Positions 12,062 to 25,006 of a DNA stretch of 49,460 nucleotides are shown piece by piece. Source of the stretch: Octopus bimaculoides (lineage: Eukaryota); the NCBI RefSeq assembly GCF_001194135.2, contig NC_068982.1:130574506-130623965 (forward strand). Reading direction: 5' to 3'. Position 1 is the stretch's first letter. The number at the start of each line of letters is the position of its first letter. The notes below the pieces were generated by a model, which was not told the origin of the DNA, searched no databases, and saw only the letters and a program-made list of their open reading frames with translations. Made by a program: the position numbers and the translations under genes.

Positions 12062-12481
12062 ATATTAGCAATAATTATCACGATAGAGAATATGGAGATT
12101 GGTACATCCTCAAAGTTTATTTCATTTTATTTTACATTTTATACAGCACTTTTTTATGGTTAGGACGACTTACTCGAGTTTCCATTGCACAGAGTAGGGG
12201 CAGTTGCACAAGTAACCGGGCACAATATTCTGTGCAGCTTCATTCAGGGTTATTCAACAAGCTTCGTTCAAAGCAGACCTAGTTGGTTGAAAGACCCTGG
12301 ACGAAGCTGCACAGAATATTATCCCGGTTGCACGTGCAGCTACCCATACTCTGTGCAGTGGAAGCTCGTGTAGGTCGCCATAACCATTAAAATATGTTGT
12401 ATGAAATGTAAAATAAAATGAAATAAATTTTGAGGATGTTCCAGTTTTCATATTCTCAATGGTCATAAGTATTGCTAATAT
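12062..12481. mobile_element. Foldback/MITE-like palindromic element (arms about 197 bp, spacer about 27 bp)
   Basis: 12062-12258 is the diverged reverse complement of 12286-12481. Outer 12 bp are perfectly inverted (ATATTAGCAATA / TATTGCTAATAT). The palindrome is certain, the MITE identity is inferred. Confidence 0.7.
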
Positions 12482-13420
12482 ATTTATATCTATAAAGACC
12501 TCAGAAATCCAAAGAGGTCTCTGTAGGAGCTAATGATAGATGTAGATCAAATATTGTAGTTGCATTTTACAGAGCTTTACTCATAGCAAAGAGACTTCTC
12601 CTACGCTAATTGAATAGCTCATCTGAAACAGGAATGTCTCAGCTGGAAGTCAAACAAAAGTTATTGCAATTGAGCTACATTATATACATTTGCGATGGGA
12701 AATGTATTAAGCATGAAGTAGCTGGAGACATTAATTTGATATGTCTCAGAATTCATATCTTTTTCAAATGACTTTAATCGTAGTTTATCTACAGTAAAGT
12801 TCTTCAGCGAATACTGGGATCGATATATTATAAGTACTTTTCTAAATACTATAAGGACAACATTTCTCTATTGTGATCTACGAAAGACCTCAATGAATAA
12901 AAGCCTAAAACAATATAGTTCATATTATGTTTTACAGAATGGTAGTCTAATTCAAGGTCCAGGCTAACTAGACTTGAATAAATGCCCATTTCAACTTAAT
13001 AACCACACCTCATGCCTATCGTGATTTATCGTCAAATATACGGATTAAGTAACAGATTTTTTAACCACACGCGCACACACCCACTCACACAGCCACGCGC
13101 GCGTGCACACACATATGTAAATGTATATACATATATATAAACATATATATATTTACATGTATGTGTTTGAAATTTGACACAGGAAACCGTTAATAAAAGT
13201 AAATATGTCATGTGACTGTACGTGTTTGAGTGAGCGTGTATATCTGTGTATGTGTGTAATCTAATCAAATATAAAAATATGCACTCAAAATACTAGGAAA
13301 TATTAATATTTTAAAGATATTAATTTATCCCAGACGCTTGTGTGTGTTTCTGATATTCCTTTTCTTCGTCAGTAAAAGAAAGAACATCATTTGGTATATG
13401 AGTCTTCTCTTTCTCTCTCT

Positions 13421-13483
<63 letters not shown>

Positions 13484-13785
13484 AATAATTAAGAGTTATT
13501 CCCTCTGGGTACCGCTTCCGGGTCCGGAGGTAGGCATCCCACTCCGGCCAGAACAAGTTACTGGTTTATTTATTGCCGGTTCTATCAGTATTGCATAAAG
13601 ACTGCAATATAATTTTCGAATAGACCCCTCCACCTAAGATTCGAACACGTCTCTTGCTTTCCCACGCGACGGACGATGCGGCATGGTTGTTCTTTTAGAC
13701 CACTTTCATACAGCAGTTTTTGGTGTTCACATCCGCGTCACACACCAAGCTGGTATTTTTATTTGACCCGCAAAAATGGACACAG

Positions 13786-14200
13786 TTAAGGCAAGTAGAA
13801 GAGTTTAGGTTTCTTGGAGTTGTATTTACGAGCGATGGGAAGCAGGAAGTGAAATTGTATGTTAGAATTGCGTGATCCTCAGAAGAGGAGAGAATGGTAA
13901 AAAACGAAGACCCCTATCTTCTCTCTGATTATCGTGCCTATCTTCGCCTATCATCGAGAATGTTGGGCAATGACTGATAAAGAACGATCGCGAATACAAG
14001 CGACCGGAATGGAGACCTCTCGAATGGTGTCTGGAGTAATGTTACTCGACGGGGTACGTGTCTCTGATATCAGGGAGGTTCTCAAGGTCCCTCTGTATTG
14101 AGAAATCACAGCTCCGGTGCTACGGATAAGAGATTAGAATGTCGCAGGAAAGAATAGCAAGATGGAATCTTCTATCCGAGTCAACCGACAGCAGACCTAA
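13786..14200 (+). mobile_element. RTE-clade LINE C-terminal fragment, decayed
   Basis: LRQVEEFRFLGVVFTSDGK, ECWAMTDKERSRIQA and V..SDIREVLKV..IEKSQLR.YG motifs. Confidence 0.8.
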
Positions 14201-14236
14201 GATAAACGTAAAATGAAATGGTTGAAATCCTACCGG

Positions 14237-14345
14237 GTTGAACTCTACTTTCATCTTTTCAAGGTCGATGAAACAATGTACCAATTAAGTACTGAGGTTA
14301 ATGCTATTGATCTACCCTTCCCTTCAAAATTACTAGCCGTGTACC
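14237..14345 (+). mobile_element. Old SINE family B central fragment
   Basis: GTTGAACTCTACTTTCATCTTTTCAAGGTCGATGAAACAATGTACCAATT resembles the family B centre. Confidence 0.55.
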
Positions 14346-15721
14346 TGCCTAAATTATTAGCAGGCTGAGCGACCATACCGAGTCCCCTTCACTGACTCAA
14401 TACTGAAATTGCAATTCAGTAACGCAATCCACTCATTAATGGATATAAGGAAATATCGAAAAATTGAAGTTTGTTTAATAAATTTCTTTGAGATTAATGA
14501 AAACTGTATGATTAAACACGGTTATTGTTGAAAAGATGAGCGACTGAAACTATATAATTAATTCAATACTCTATGAATTTTTCCACTACACATTTTAGAG
14601 CTTGTATTAGCTCTACCAAGTTTTTATCATAGACTGTTATTTGGGTACATGGCGAATGTTATTTGGGTACATAGCGAAAATATTTTTTTACTGCTTTTCA
14701 AAGTTTATGGCGTGATTACAGTCTTATGGTGTGATATAGACTTTTACGTTCATTGCAGTAGTGTCTTTGCTCCCTTTCATATAGTTAAATGAAAAACGTA
14801 GTAACCTCTTGTAATAAGGATGGCATGTTGTGTCCCATCTGTTTCTATCTATATCTGCAAACAAGCTGGTACTGAATTCGATGTCTCAGATTTTAAGAGG
14901 GTGAGGGATAAGATCCTCTGTTGTGAAAGTTAATGCATGCAAATGAACTAAAATGGTTGATACCAGGAATAGAAAACAGTTGCAAGCTTGACTTGACATT
15001 AACTTAGAGCAGAACATTTTGCTGCTCACTTTAAAGTCTAGCAGATTTGATTTCTGATACATATACAAGATAGTTACATTTATAAGGGTAATTTAATCAG
15101 TCGGCATGAGCTTCATACCTTTCTGGAAAATTTTAAACTCTAAACTTACACAATAAATAAACATTTCCTTCAGAACATTCTTTCAACGAGCGACTCATCT
15201 ATAACGAAAGAAAACCTTGTTACTAATATCTACGTCATGACAGTATAATTGAAATAAAGTCTGCAGGCTGACTATCAAAACTCCCTAAATACCGAGAAGG
15301 CTACGTATGCAATCGCACTGAAAACGATTCTGTATATACCATTGCAGTCAGTCAGTTGCTATATAGCTAGTTAAGATCTTTATTGTCGAATGACTATAAA
15401 TATAGCGTGGCAGTGTAGCCTATTAATAAACATAAGTTTGTTGATTAAATAGATAAATACAAAGATAAATTGAAGATTTAAATAGCTATAGACGTAAAAG
15501 TAATAACAGAGAAGTAAATTTTTAACTGAATTGTGATAAATCTATGTTGTTCTATGGAATTGTTCACTGATTTTACACTCCTTCTCTCTATTCTCTCTCA
15601 CCCTCTCTTTCTCTCACCCCCCTCTTTCTCTCACCCTCTCTTTCTCTCATACGCACAAATAATGTATGCATATAAGTAGTATATATACATGCATATATAC
15701 GTATGAGTGTGCCTGCTTGTG

Positions 15722-15778
<57 letters not shown>

Positions 15779-16459
15779 GTCTATCTATCTATCTGTATGT
15801 GTGTGCGTACGTGAAAGTGTGCGCGTGCGTAGATGCATGCAAGCAGACAGGCAAACAGATAAACATGCGTATACAGACACACGCATGTAGACTCCGAGAG
15901 AGATAGTTAGAGAAAAAGCGAGAGATGGGAAGACAGAGAAGAGAGAGAGATCAAGAGAGGGAAATAGATTGTTGAGATTGGAAAATAAGATTCTGATTAT
16001 TTAACGACAAATGATAAAATTTCTACTGAATGTTTCCTAATTTCGTGACTCGTTTTTTACTTTGTTTGCAGTTAAGTATACTTTCTATACGGAGATATAT
16101 GTACATGTGTGTAAATATACATCAAAGTTAAAAAGAGATTTTAAAGTCTGAAAATCTAATTTATAATCTAAAATGTCGAGTGACAACATGTCTTTTGTTC
16201 GCTGTTTTTTCCGTAGCTATTTCAGAATTGTCATCAATCAAGAAGACAAAGAAAAACTGGATCTTCGATAAGCGATAGAATTGTCAAGACAAAAATCTCG
16301 GTAGAAATATAATCTAGACTCTGTCAGCTTTATTGCCAACCATCACACATTCCAGAACTCTAAAATATTTGTTTTTATTTCAAAACATTTTAACTGATTG
16401 ACAGATTATTTCCATCCATCGTCAAAAAAGTCATTTTTAACGCCCCTCTCTCTCCTGTT

Positions 16460-18420
16460 CTATATCTTTTTTTCTTTCTTTCTTTCTATCACACTTTTAT
16501 TCATTTTTTTTTCTCACAGTCTGATCTAGTAAAAAGAGTTGTGCTCATTGCATTCCCAATCAGTTTGGGACATATGAGTGAGCACGTTGCAGTATATGAG
16601 AGCTTATACGTAGAATGAACCAGTAATGAGCACATATATATGTGCATGGTGTCAGTAGGAGTGGGATTAAAGAAACTGTAGTATGTTGTTGATGTCATGG
16701 GAAGTGATGGTGCCCAAATTGAAATACACGTGCAAGGAGGAAATTCCAAAGGTTTGATGTTATGGAAAGAAAAGTTTGGAAAAAGCGATTAGTGCGAGGA
16801 GTAGGGATTAGACGCATGATGGATGACAAGAATAAAAGAGATATATATCTATGGACTCAGCCTATATGGGAGTGGTGTGAAACCATTTAATGTCGGGGAA
16901 GAGATTACTTTTGAAGTGATACAAAAAGCAGCATGAGCCAACGGGCAAGAGATTGATGTTTGTTCGAAGGTGAATCCGCATAAATTAGCCGAGTGTCTAG
17001 GATACCTGGACAGCTATATCTGTGTGTTCAGTAGCAATTGTCTCGTCCTAAATTTGGGAGAAGTATTTTATTGTGAGTTTCATTTGGACCTTGTAGAAAG
17101 TTTGCAACTATCGGAAGCTGAAGTACGCTCCAGCTATAAATAGGAAGGCCAGTGTCTGAAAGTTGTTTTTTTACCATGATGTGGATGTGAAATTGTCAGA
17201 AGTGACAATTTGCATTTGTGATTCAAATATGTTAGCAGCATTGGCGATTGCAGTTATATGTAATCCATGGCTAATAATCAGTGAGTATAAGAATAGTTCC
17301 TTGATATGTACAGTAATTATGTCATTGTGCTGTTAAACGAGGAAACGTTAGACGGTACTAGTATTATTTGAAGTATACTTAGTGGGAAGAGTAAGAGGAC
17401 GTGTAGTTGCTAGATTATAAAGATGTCATTATGTGAGGAAGGAAAACGGTCTGCTGTTTCGGTCTTAAGCCCTTTCACGTTGAAAAGAAAAGAGAATTTT
17501 ATGCGTTTCAGGTAAAATATATTCAGTAGCAGGGACCGGAATTCTTAGGTTGGAAGAACGTAGTTCCTGAGTCAAAGATAGTAAAGGTAGATGGTGCTCT
17601 GAAATGTTAGATGTGTGTATAGAAATATTCATATGCAGTACAATCGGTGTGTATGTGTGTGTATGTGTGTGTGTGTGTGTGTGCACGCGCGCGTAGTGTG
17701 TTAGAGAATATGAGGGTATATTAATGAAGATGTCCCTGTGAGCATGTAGGCTTATACATGGAATAATCCAGTAGTGTGTGTATGTTCGTCCATATGAATC
17801 AGGAGAGAAGAATGAGAGGAAATGTAGCCTATTCTTAATTCTGTAGTGGATGTGCCCAGAATGAAAATTTTCGTTTTTGAGAGTGAATGATGTGACAATA
17901 CCATATTGATGTACACGAAAATAGTTTGCATAAAATGTAATAAATGTGTTTATATACAGTGCATTGCACATTTTGTTTTTAATACAGTGTACAAATTGAT
18001 GGAGGTGGAGGAAAAGAGGTCGAGAACTTGGATTGTGGAGTTAAGGCTAAGTAGAATTGTTATTTCGGAAATTAAAGGGCGAGTGTTGTAACACGAGCAC
18101 GAGAACAGATGGATATCTCAAATTGTGTATGGCTAAGAGCGAAGGAACTGCTGACTACGCGGCAATGTCTAAAGGAAGAGAGTGGGATTTCAAGAAATGT
18201 AGGAGCGGAAGCAGGGTCTGGCAAATGAAGCAAAAGTTCTGTCTTTGAGAGATCGGGTGGTGGAGTGGATATGGTTTTCGGTACTGAATAATGTTCGGTA
18301 GGCGGTTGCATGATTAACAGAATGTTGGAGGTGTGGTCAACAGCTCGTTTACGAATCAGACAACCATGATATCAAGTTAAGAGTAGGGCATTTAGTGTGA
18401 CTTGGACTCAGAGTCGAGGT
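16460..18420 (-). mobile_element. Heavily decayed LINE ORF2 (RT to C-terminus) with A-rich 3' end; clade uncertain
   Basis: Residual RT-like motifs in order: RAVDH (KAFD-like), SLKDRT, NPTLFL, HYRIKNRL.FL, TEY..KIL.SFQR. AATAAA and an A-rich tail lie near 16460-16510. Interrupted by a GT microsatellite near 17650-17700. Confidence 0.5.
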
Positions 18421-19081
18421 TTTGGCTACTAGGACAGAGAAAACGAGGAATTATAAGAAAAGGATAATTGTTAACCACGTGCAATTTAGAAAACTCACAC
18501 TAATCCTGCTGTAGCTTCATTAACAGACATTAAAAACCTATTGTAATGGAGTCACACCAACTCTATTCCTTCAACAGCAACAAAAAGACGCATTCACTTC
18601 ACATCAACAACAAACAAAAAAAAAAAATGAGGAAACGAAACTCTTTTAATGGAAACTCTTTTTAGCATTAAAAACACTGTATCGCAAAGGCTGGCTTTTC
18701 TCTGGAGATCTCGAAAATTTGCCACCACCCAACAACTGCTAATCCCTCGACAAATCTCAGATGAGATCCACAACAGAGTACTGATCCCACATGTAATATG
18801 GTACAATTATTATTCATCCAGAAATTGCAACTGATTGACATGAAATAGTTCAAATTCTGGTCACCCCATGTTTCATTCCTTTGTCTTTTCTACCAATAAT
18901 ACTCTGTTTCACACAGTCTTTGCTTCACACAGCTGGCTCGTTTCAAGTCATCGCCTATAAGGCACAACACGTTCCCATGGCTATATTCCTCTTGTCGCAC
19001 ATAATGTTCCACCACGCCCGCTCTAAATTCTAAATCTTGTCCTTCCATTCTGTAAATGTCTTTCTTTTTCTCTTCTCTTTT

Positions 19082-19129
<48 letters not shown>

Positions 19130-20369
19130 TCCCTTGTGCAGTCATCAACATGCAAGCATTCAAGTAGAGCTTTAAACTGTCTCGAAACAATAAGTCTCGA
19201 AGGGACTGTGAAAGCTATGGGCACAACCTCTCACTCCAAACTTAAACAATAAAAACAATCACAGACATATGTACGTACACGTCACACACAATTATTTGTA
19301 GATATGTTTGTTTGTGTGCGTTTCCGCGCGCACACGCACACACAAACACACACATACCCACACTCATCTACTCTATATTCCTTTCACACATATTCACATA
19401 CATATAACGTATGCATGTATTGTATATATGTATGTATATATGTGTATGCATATATATATATACACACACACATACATATAAATACGTATGTGTGTGTGTG
19501 TGTATTTATATAAATGGAAAGAGAGAGGAAGTCATATGCACACACACACACATAAATATATATATGTATGTATACAAACGTTGGCACACATACGCATATA
19601 TACGTATGCAATGAGAAAAGGCAAAAGAGCGAGAGAAGAGATGGAAGGGAGCAGAAGGCATGAAAGAGAACGAATAATGTGAAGAGAGATGAAAAGACAG
19701 AGATACAAATAAAAATGGACGCAGTCACACATAAAAGATGTAAGAGAGACGGGCAGAGAGAAAATGATAGGTTAAAGAACTACAGTTTGAGTGAAGGGGT
19801 GAGGAAGTTGAGGAGAGAAAAAGAGAAAGGATAGAGAGGGAGGAGAGACATAAAGGAAAAGGAAGGAGAAAGAGAAAGGGAAGAAGGAAACGAAGGACAT
19901 ATGTTCATATTGCCCACGGCTATATTTTTTGCCATATGTAGGGAGCGAATTTGTTTAAAGGATTTCTTTATAAAATAGCTATGGTATCGGTTTAGCATTA
20001 ACATTATCTTGCATGCCTTAAAGATTCTACAGCAATTGGGTAAATTATAAAAACAAACAAGATGGGGATGAAGTTCAAGGTTAGATATGTCTTAAGAACG
20101 GACAGAGACTGGAGAATAACTTATATCAGGGACAAGATGTCTGTGTGAGGCGCCTGTACATAAATGATCAGATACGAAAGGAAAGAAATGATGAGCATGG
20201 AGACTGACTGGCTCAGCAAACAAGAACTGAAATTATAGGTCAGTGGGTGGCGAGATGAAATATTACAGGAATAATATAGACTTTCATCGCGCCGAATTAT
20301 TGTTAGATTAATAAAAAGAAAACAAGTTTTAATAGCTGTTGTATCTGTTGCTTAACCTATTGGTCAACC

Positions 20370-20765
20370 TTGGCGGAGTTTACTTAAGATCAAAGGTACT
20401 CCAGCTTTGGAGTTGCTCCTCTTTTAGGGATAGCTACAAAAATATATAATGTGTCCTTCGCCATAAAGAAAATACAGACTTTTGCGAAGGAGATTTGTTA
20501 CTTCTAGCAGGTGAAACGACTATGCGGAAGCACCTACGTTAACTCAAACACATTGCAACTGCTTTATTTATATGTGTCCTTCACTTAAAGACAACAGGGT
20601 GTATTTTGAAGGCGTTATGTTACTTCCTACAAAGAAAACGGCCATGCAAAATCACTGATGCTGAATGAAACTGTTTTTTTTTTCATATTTGTTGTATGCC
20701 CTTCCCATTTTTGTTTCAAGCAAGCAGGGTGAGTTTTGAAGAGTTAGTTACTCTTTCTATTAAGG
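20370..20765 (+). repeat. Three diverged tandem subunits (about 120 bp) of an interspersed repeat
   Basis: The motif TGTGTCCTTC..AAAGA..CAG..TTTTG.AGG.G.T..GTTACT recurs near 20451, 20574 and 20696. Confidence 0.5.
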
Positions 20766-21177
20766 CATACGACTTGACCAAAGCATTTGGATTATTTGTA
20801 CAAATTGCGATTTTTTTATTGGGTATAAAACCTCAGAATTATAATTAGGAAAATTATGAGAATCTTTCGAAGCTCCCAGTAATACTGTTTGATGATGGTC
20901 ATGACTTTAGTGATAAAACATCATTAATGAGTATGATAACAACAGCAACAAAGACGATGATAGGGAAAATAGTAACAATAACAATAATGGTGGTTTCTGA
21001 TTTAGACACGAAGCTATGTATTTTGCGACACGGATATTGTAGATTATTTCGACTCCAGCAATTTGTAATTATTTATTTTACCATTAGTAACGTGCAAACA
21101 ATTAATATTTATGTACGTACGTACGTATGTATGTATGTATGTATGTATGTATGTATGTATGTATGTATACAATGAAA

Positions 21178-21340
21178 GAGGTGGCCAAGTGTTAAGAAAT
21201 TTGCTTCCCAAGCACATAGTTGCGGTTGGGTTCAGTCGCACTATGAGGCATCTTGGGCAAGTGTTTTCTACTATTGACTCGGATCGACCAAAGCCTTGTC
21301 AGTGGATCTCGTAGACAGAAACTGAAAGAAGCCTGTCGTG
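21178..21340 (+). mobile_element. SINE family A, 5' part
   Basis: GGGTTCAGTCGCACT..CATCTTGGGCAAGTGT..GAAACTGAAAGAAGCCTGTCG, followed by (TA)n. Confidence 0.85.
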
Positions 21341-21355
21341 TATATATATCTACAT

Positions 21356-21395
<40 letters not shown>

Positions 21396-22277
21396 TACAG
21401 ATATAGGGCAGGGAATTGCCAATTAGTAATAAAATTAATAATTAACAATTTTGCCAAGTAGTTCAGTATGAAAAAAACCTTTATCGGTAAAACCATNNNN
21501 NNNNNNNNNNNNNNNNNNNNNNNNNNNNNNNNNNNNNNNNNNNNNNNNNNNNNNNNNNNNNNNNNNNNNNNNNNNNNNNNNNNNNNNNNNNNNNNNNNNN
21601 NNNNNNNNNNNNNNNNNNNNNNNNNNNNNNNNNNNNNNNNNNNNNNNNNNNNNNNNNNNNNNNNNNNNNNNNNNNNNNNNNNNNNNNNNNNNNNNNNNNN
21701 NNNNNNNNNNNNNNNNNNNNNNNNNNNNNNNNNNNNNNNNNNNNNNNNNNNNNNNNNNNNNNNNNNNNNNNNNNNNNNNNNNNNNNNNNNNNNNNNNNNN
21801 NNNNNNNNNNNNNNNNNNNNNNNNNNNNNNNNNNNNNNNNNNNNNNNNNNNNNNNNNNNNNNNNNNNNNNNNNNNNNNNNNNNNNNNNNNNNNNNNNNNN
21901 NNNNNNNNNNNNNNNNNNNNNNNNNNNNNNNNNNNNNNNNNNNNNNNNNNNNNNNNNNNNNNNNNNNNNNNNNNNNNNNNNNNNNNNNNNNNNNNNNNNN
22001 NNNNNNNNNNNNNNNNNNNNNNNNNNNNNNNNNNNNNNNNNNNNNNNNNNNNNNNNNNNNNNNNNNNNNNNNNNNNNNNNNNNNNNNNNNNNNNNNNNNN
22101 NNNNNNNNNNNNNNNNNNNNNNNNNNNNNNNNNNNNNNNNNNNNNNNNNNNNNNNNNNNNNNNNNNNNNNNNNNNNNNNNNNNNNNNNNNNNNNNNNNNN
22201 NNNNNNNNNNNNNNNNNNNNNNNNNNNNNNNNNNNNNNNNNNNNNNNNNNNNNNNNNNNNNNNNNNNNNNNNNNNNN

Positions 22278-22320
<43 letters not shown>

Positions 22321-23015
22321 CTTTTGATTCCGTGTAGCCATAGAGCTATCACTAAGCAGTTTTATGACACAAGATACTTATACTTCATAGTATTGGTAAC
22401 GTTTAATGTGGCCATAAAGTGACGTGAATTGTCTGACACTCTTCGCTCCCGACTTTTATATGAACCACCAAGTGGGAACAAAGCATAGCACTAACGAATG
22501 GCAAAAGAACAGGAATTACGTTATCACTATCATTAATTGTTATTGCAAACGTAAGCTAATGAAGTTTATTATGAGACTCCTGTTATTCATTTATTAATTA
22601 ATACACACATACACACACGCACACTCTCTCTTACTCAGTCTTTGTCTCACATTCTCACTTTCTCTCTCACCCTCTCTGTCTCTCTGTCTCTCTCTTTCTC
22701 ACCCTCCCACACACACACGCTCACACAAACACACACACAGACCTTTGGATATTCATTTTGAATATGTAAGAAAAGTACGAATCATCTCATTGTAAGCACA
22801 TAACATTAATTATTATTCTGATGTTTATGTACTAATACCCACAACGGAGTTCTGTTAATATGAAGTTAGAGAAAGATGGAACTTTCTCAATTCGCACCAA
22901 TACCTAGATGCGAATCTAATTTAAATGATAAATGTAGAGGTGATGCGAAACAACATTATGTGATGTTCATGAGGTTTCACTGAGCGCATAGTGTCTTAAC
23001 TGAAATGAAATTATA

Positions 23016-24296
23016 TTAGGTTGTCAAGAAAGTTCTTGCGGTTTTTAACCTTTAAATTGAGATGCACATATCCTCGGCTCAAACAAAACTTTATTAATCG
23101 AAATAAACACCATCAGAATCAATACATTTTTTCCAACGCGAAACAAGTTTATTTATGCCAGTAGCATAAAAATCCTGCATTCTGGTGGCAACGAAGTCGT
23201 TGAAGGCGTGTTTGGCATCGTCTTGGTTTATGAAGCATTTCTCACGCAGGGAGTTGTCGAGATGCTTGAAAAAGTGGTAGTTGGTAGGTGAGAGGTCTGG
23301 TGAGTATGGCGGATGAGGCAGAGTTTCGTAGCGCAAATCGTTCAACTTCTCCAGGGTAAGTTCTGCGACGTGCGGCCGATCGTTGTTGTGGAGAAGAACT
23401 GGTCCTTTTCTATTGACCAATGCTGGCTGTTGTTGTCGGAGTTTCTTATGCATTTCCTCAATTTGCTGACAGTACTTCTCCGCCGTAATGGTTTCACCTG
23501 GATCCAAAAAGTTGTGATGGATGAGACCGGCCGCAGACCACCAAACAGTTACCATGACCTTCGGTTGGTGCAACTTTGGCTTCGGGAAGTGCCGTGGAGC
23601 TTCGCCGGCGTCCAACCACTGAGTTGAGCATCGCTGGTTGTCGTAAAGAATCCACTTTCATCGCAAGTCACAATCCGGTCGAGAAATGAGTTGTTCTTGT
23701 TGCGTAAAAGAAGGGAAGACGACACTTCAAAACGGCGTCTTTTAGTTGTCGTTCAATTCGTGCGGCACCCATTTCTCAAGTATTTTTTGTTTTTCAAATC
23801 TCTTTCAAGTGGTTGGAAATTGTCGTATACGTTACGTCTAATTCAGAAGCAAGCTCTCGAACAGTTGTGTGGATTGCCTTCGACTAAGCCTCTTAGTTGA
23901 TCGTTGTCAACATCCGATGGCCGACCACTACTCTTATCATCTTCAAGACTGTCATCACCACTACGAAATTTCTTGAATCACCATTGTGCTGTACGTTCAT
24001 TAGTGGTTCCTGGGCAAACGCATCGTTGACATCGCGAGGTGTTTCAGCAGCTTTTCGGCCTAGCTTGAACTGGAATAAGAAAATTTTGCGAATTTGCTTT
24101 TTGCCCATGTTGTAATCAACGTTCCGGAAAAAATGACCTAATTATTCAAAAAGAAAAAAGGAACACGATTAGAAAGAGCGAAAAACGGGCTTTAGAATGA
24201 TATATAAAGTCAAAGTAATTTAGCGACAATTAATTTGAAAATACACGATTTAAAATCAAAATTAAAATTTCCGCAAGAACTTCCTTGACAACCTAA
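23016..24296 (-). mobile_element. Full-length mariner DNA transposon (cecropia/Hsmar1-like), 1281 bp
   Basis: 26-bp TIRs TTAGGTTGTCAAG(A/G)AAGTTCTTGCGG at 23016-23041 and 24271-24296 with one mismatch. TA TSDs at 23014-23015 and 24297-24298. Internal transposase. Confidence 0.97.
23094..24108 (-). pseudogene. Mariner transposase, inactivated
   Basis: KKQIRKIFLFQFKLGRKAAET, WVPHEL, FLDRIVTCDE, LLHNNDRPH and HPPYSPDLSPTNYHFFKHLDN. Several frameshifts and stops; second and third catalytic Asp positions read Asn. Confidence 0.95.
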
Positions 24297-24538
24297 TAGC
24301 ATTTACCATACAGAAATTGGTTGTTCACTGCACTTAACTGAAGCGAACATCTGCACAACGATGTTTATCTAAATATAGGAAAAATGGCCACAGATTTTGA
24401 GATTGCAGTCGACCAATACATGACTGGTTCTTATTTGAACCTTTCTGAAATGAAAGGTAAATTTAACATCAGCTGTATTAAAACTCATAACTGTTTATCT
24501 ATAGATTATTTGAAAATAACATTTTCAAATGATAAACC

Positions 24539-24540
<2 letters not shown>

Positions 24541-24605
<65 letters not shown>

Positions 24606-24631
24606 AATAATGATAATAATAATGATAATGC

Positions 24632-24701
<70 letters not shown>

Positions 24702-24778
24702 TATGATGATGATGATAATAGTAAATAATAATAATAATGATAATGCTAATAATAATAATAATGATGATGATGATGACG

Positions 24779-24855
<77 letters not shown>

Positions 24856-24932
24856 TATGATGATGATGATAATAGTAAATAATAATAATAATGATAATGC
24901 TAATAATAATAATAATGATGATGATGATGACG

Positions 24933-25006
<74 letters not shown>
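24541..25006. repeat. Complex (AAT)n array with a duplicated higher-order unit of about 154 bp
   Basis: The block TTATGATGATGATGATAATAGTAAATAAT..GCTAAT..GACGAT repeats at about 24701 and 24855. Confidence 0.92.

Noticed and set aside
14636-14679. 22-bp tandem direct repeat, two copies (CRISPR-like at first glance)
   Set aside because: Only two adjacent copies, no spacers, eukaryotic context; simple slippage duplication.
16217-16300. UIM-like peptide EDKEKLDLR*AIELSRQ after a splice-acceptor-like site
   Set aside because: In-frame TAA at 16269-16271, weak donor and no other support. Rescue by RNA editing would need two edits and is speculative.
16520-16577. Apparent plus-strand exon SDLVKRVVLIAFPISLGHM
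   Set aside because: The acceptor's T-tract is most simply the antisense A-rich tail of the decayed LINE at 16460-18420.
18860-19030. Possible third RTE C-terminal fragment on the minus strand
   Set aside because: Similarity is too faint to support without an alignment.
21435-22352. Long ORFs spanning N-runs (also 457-1034, 39858-40592, 41762-42665)
   Set aside because: They are artefacts of translating assembly gaps.
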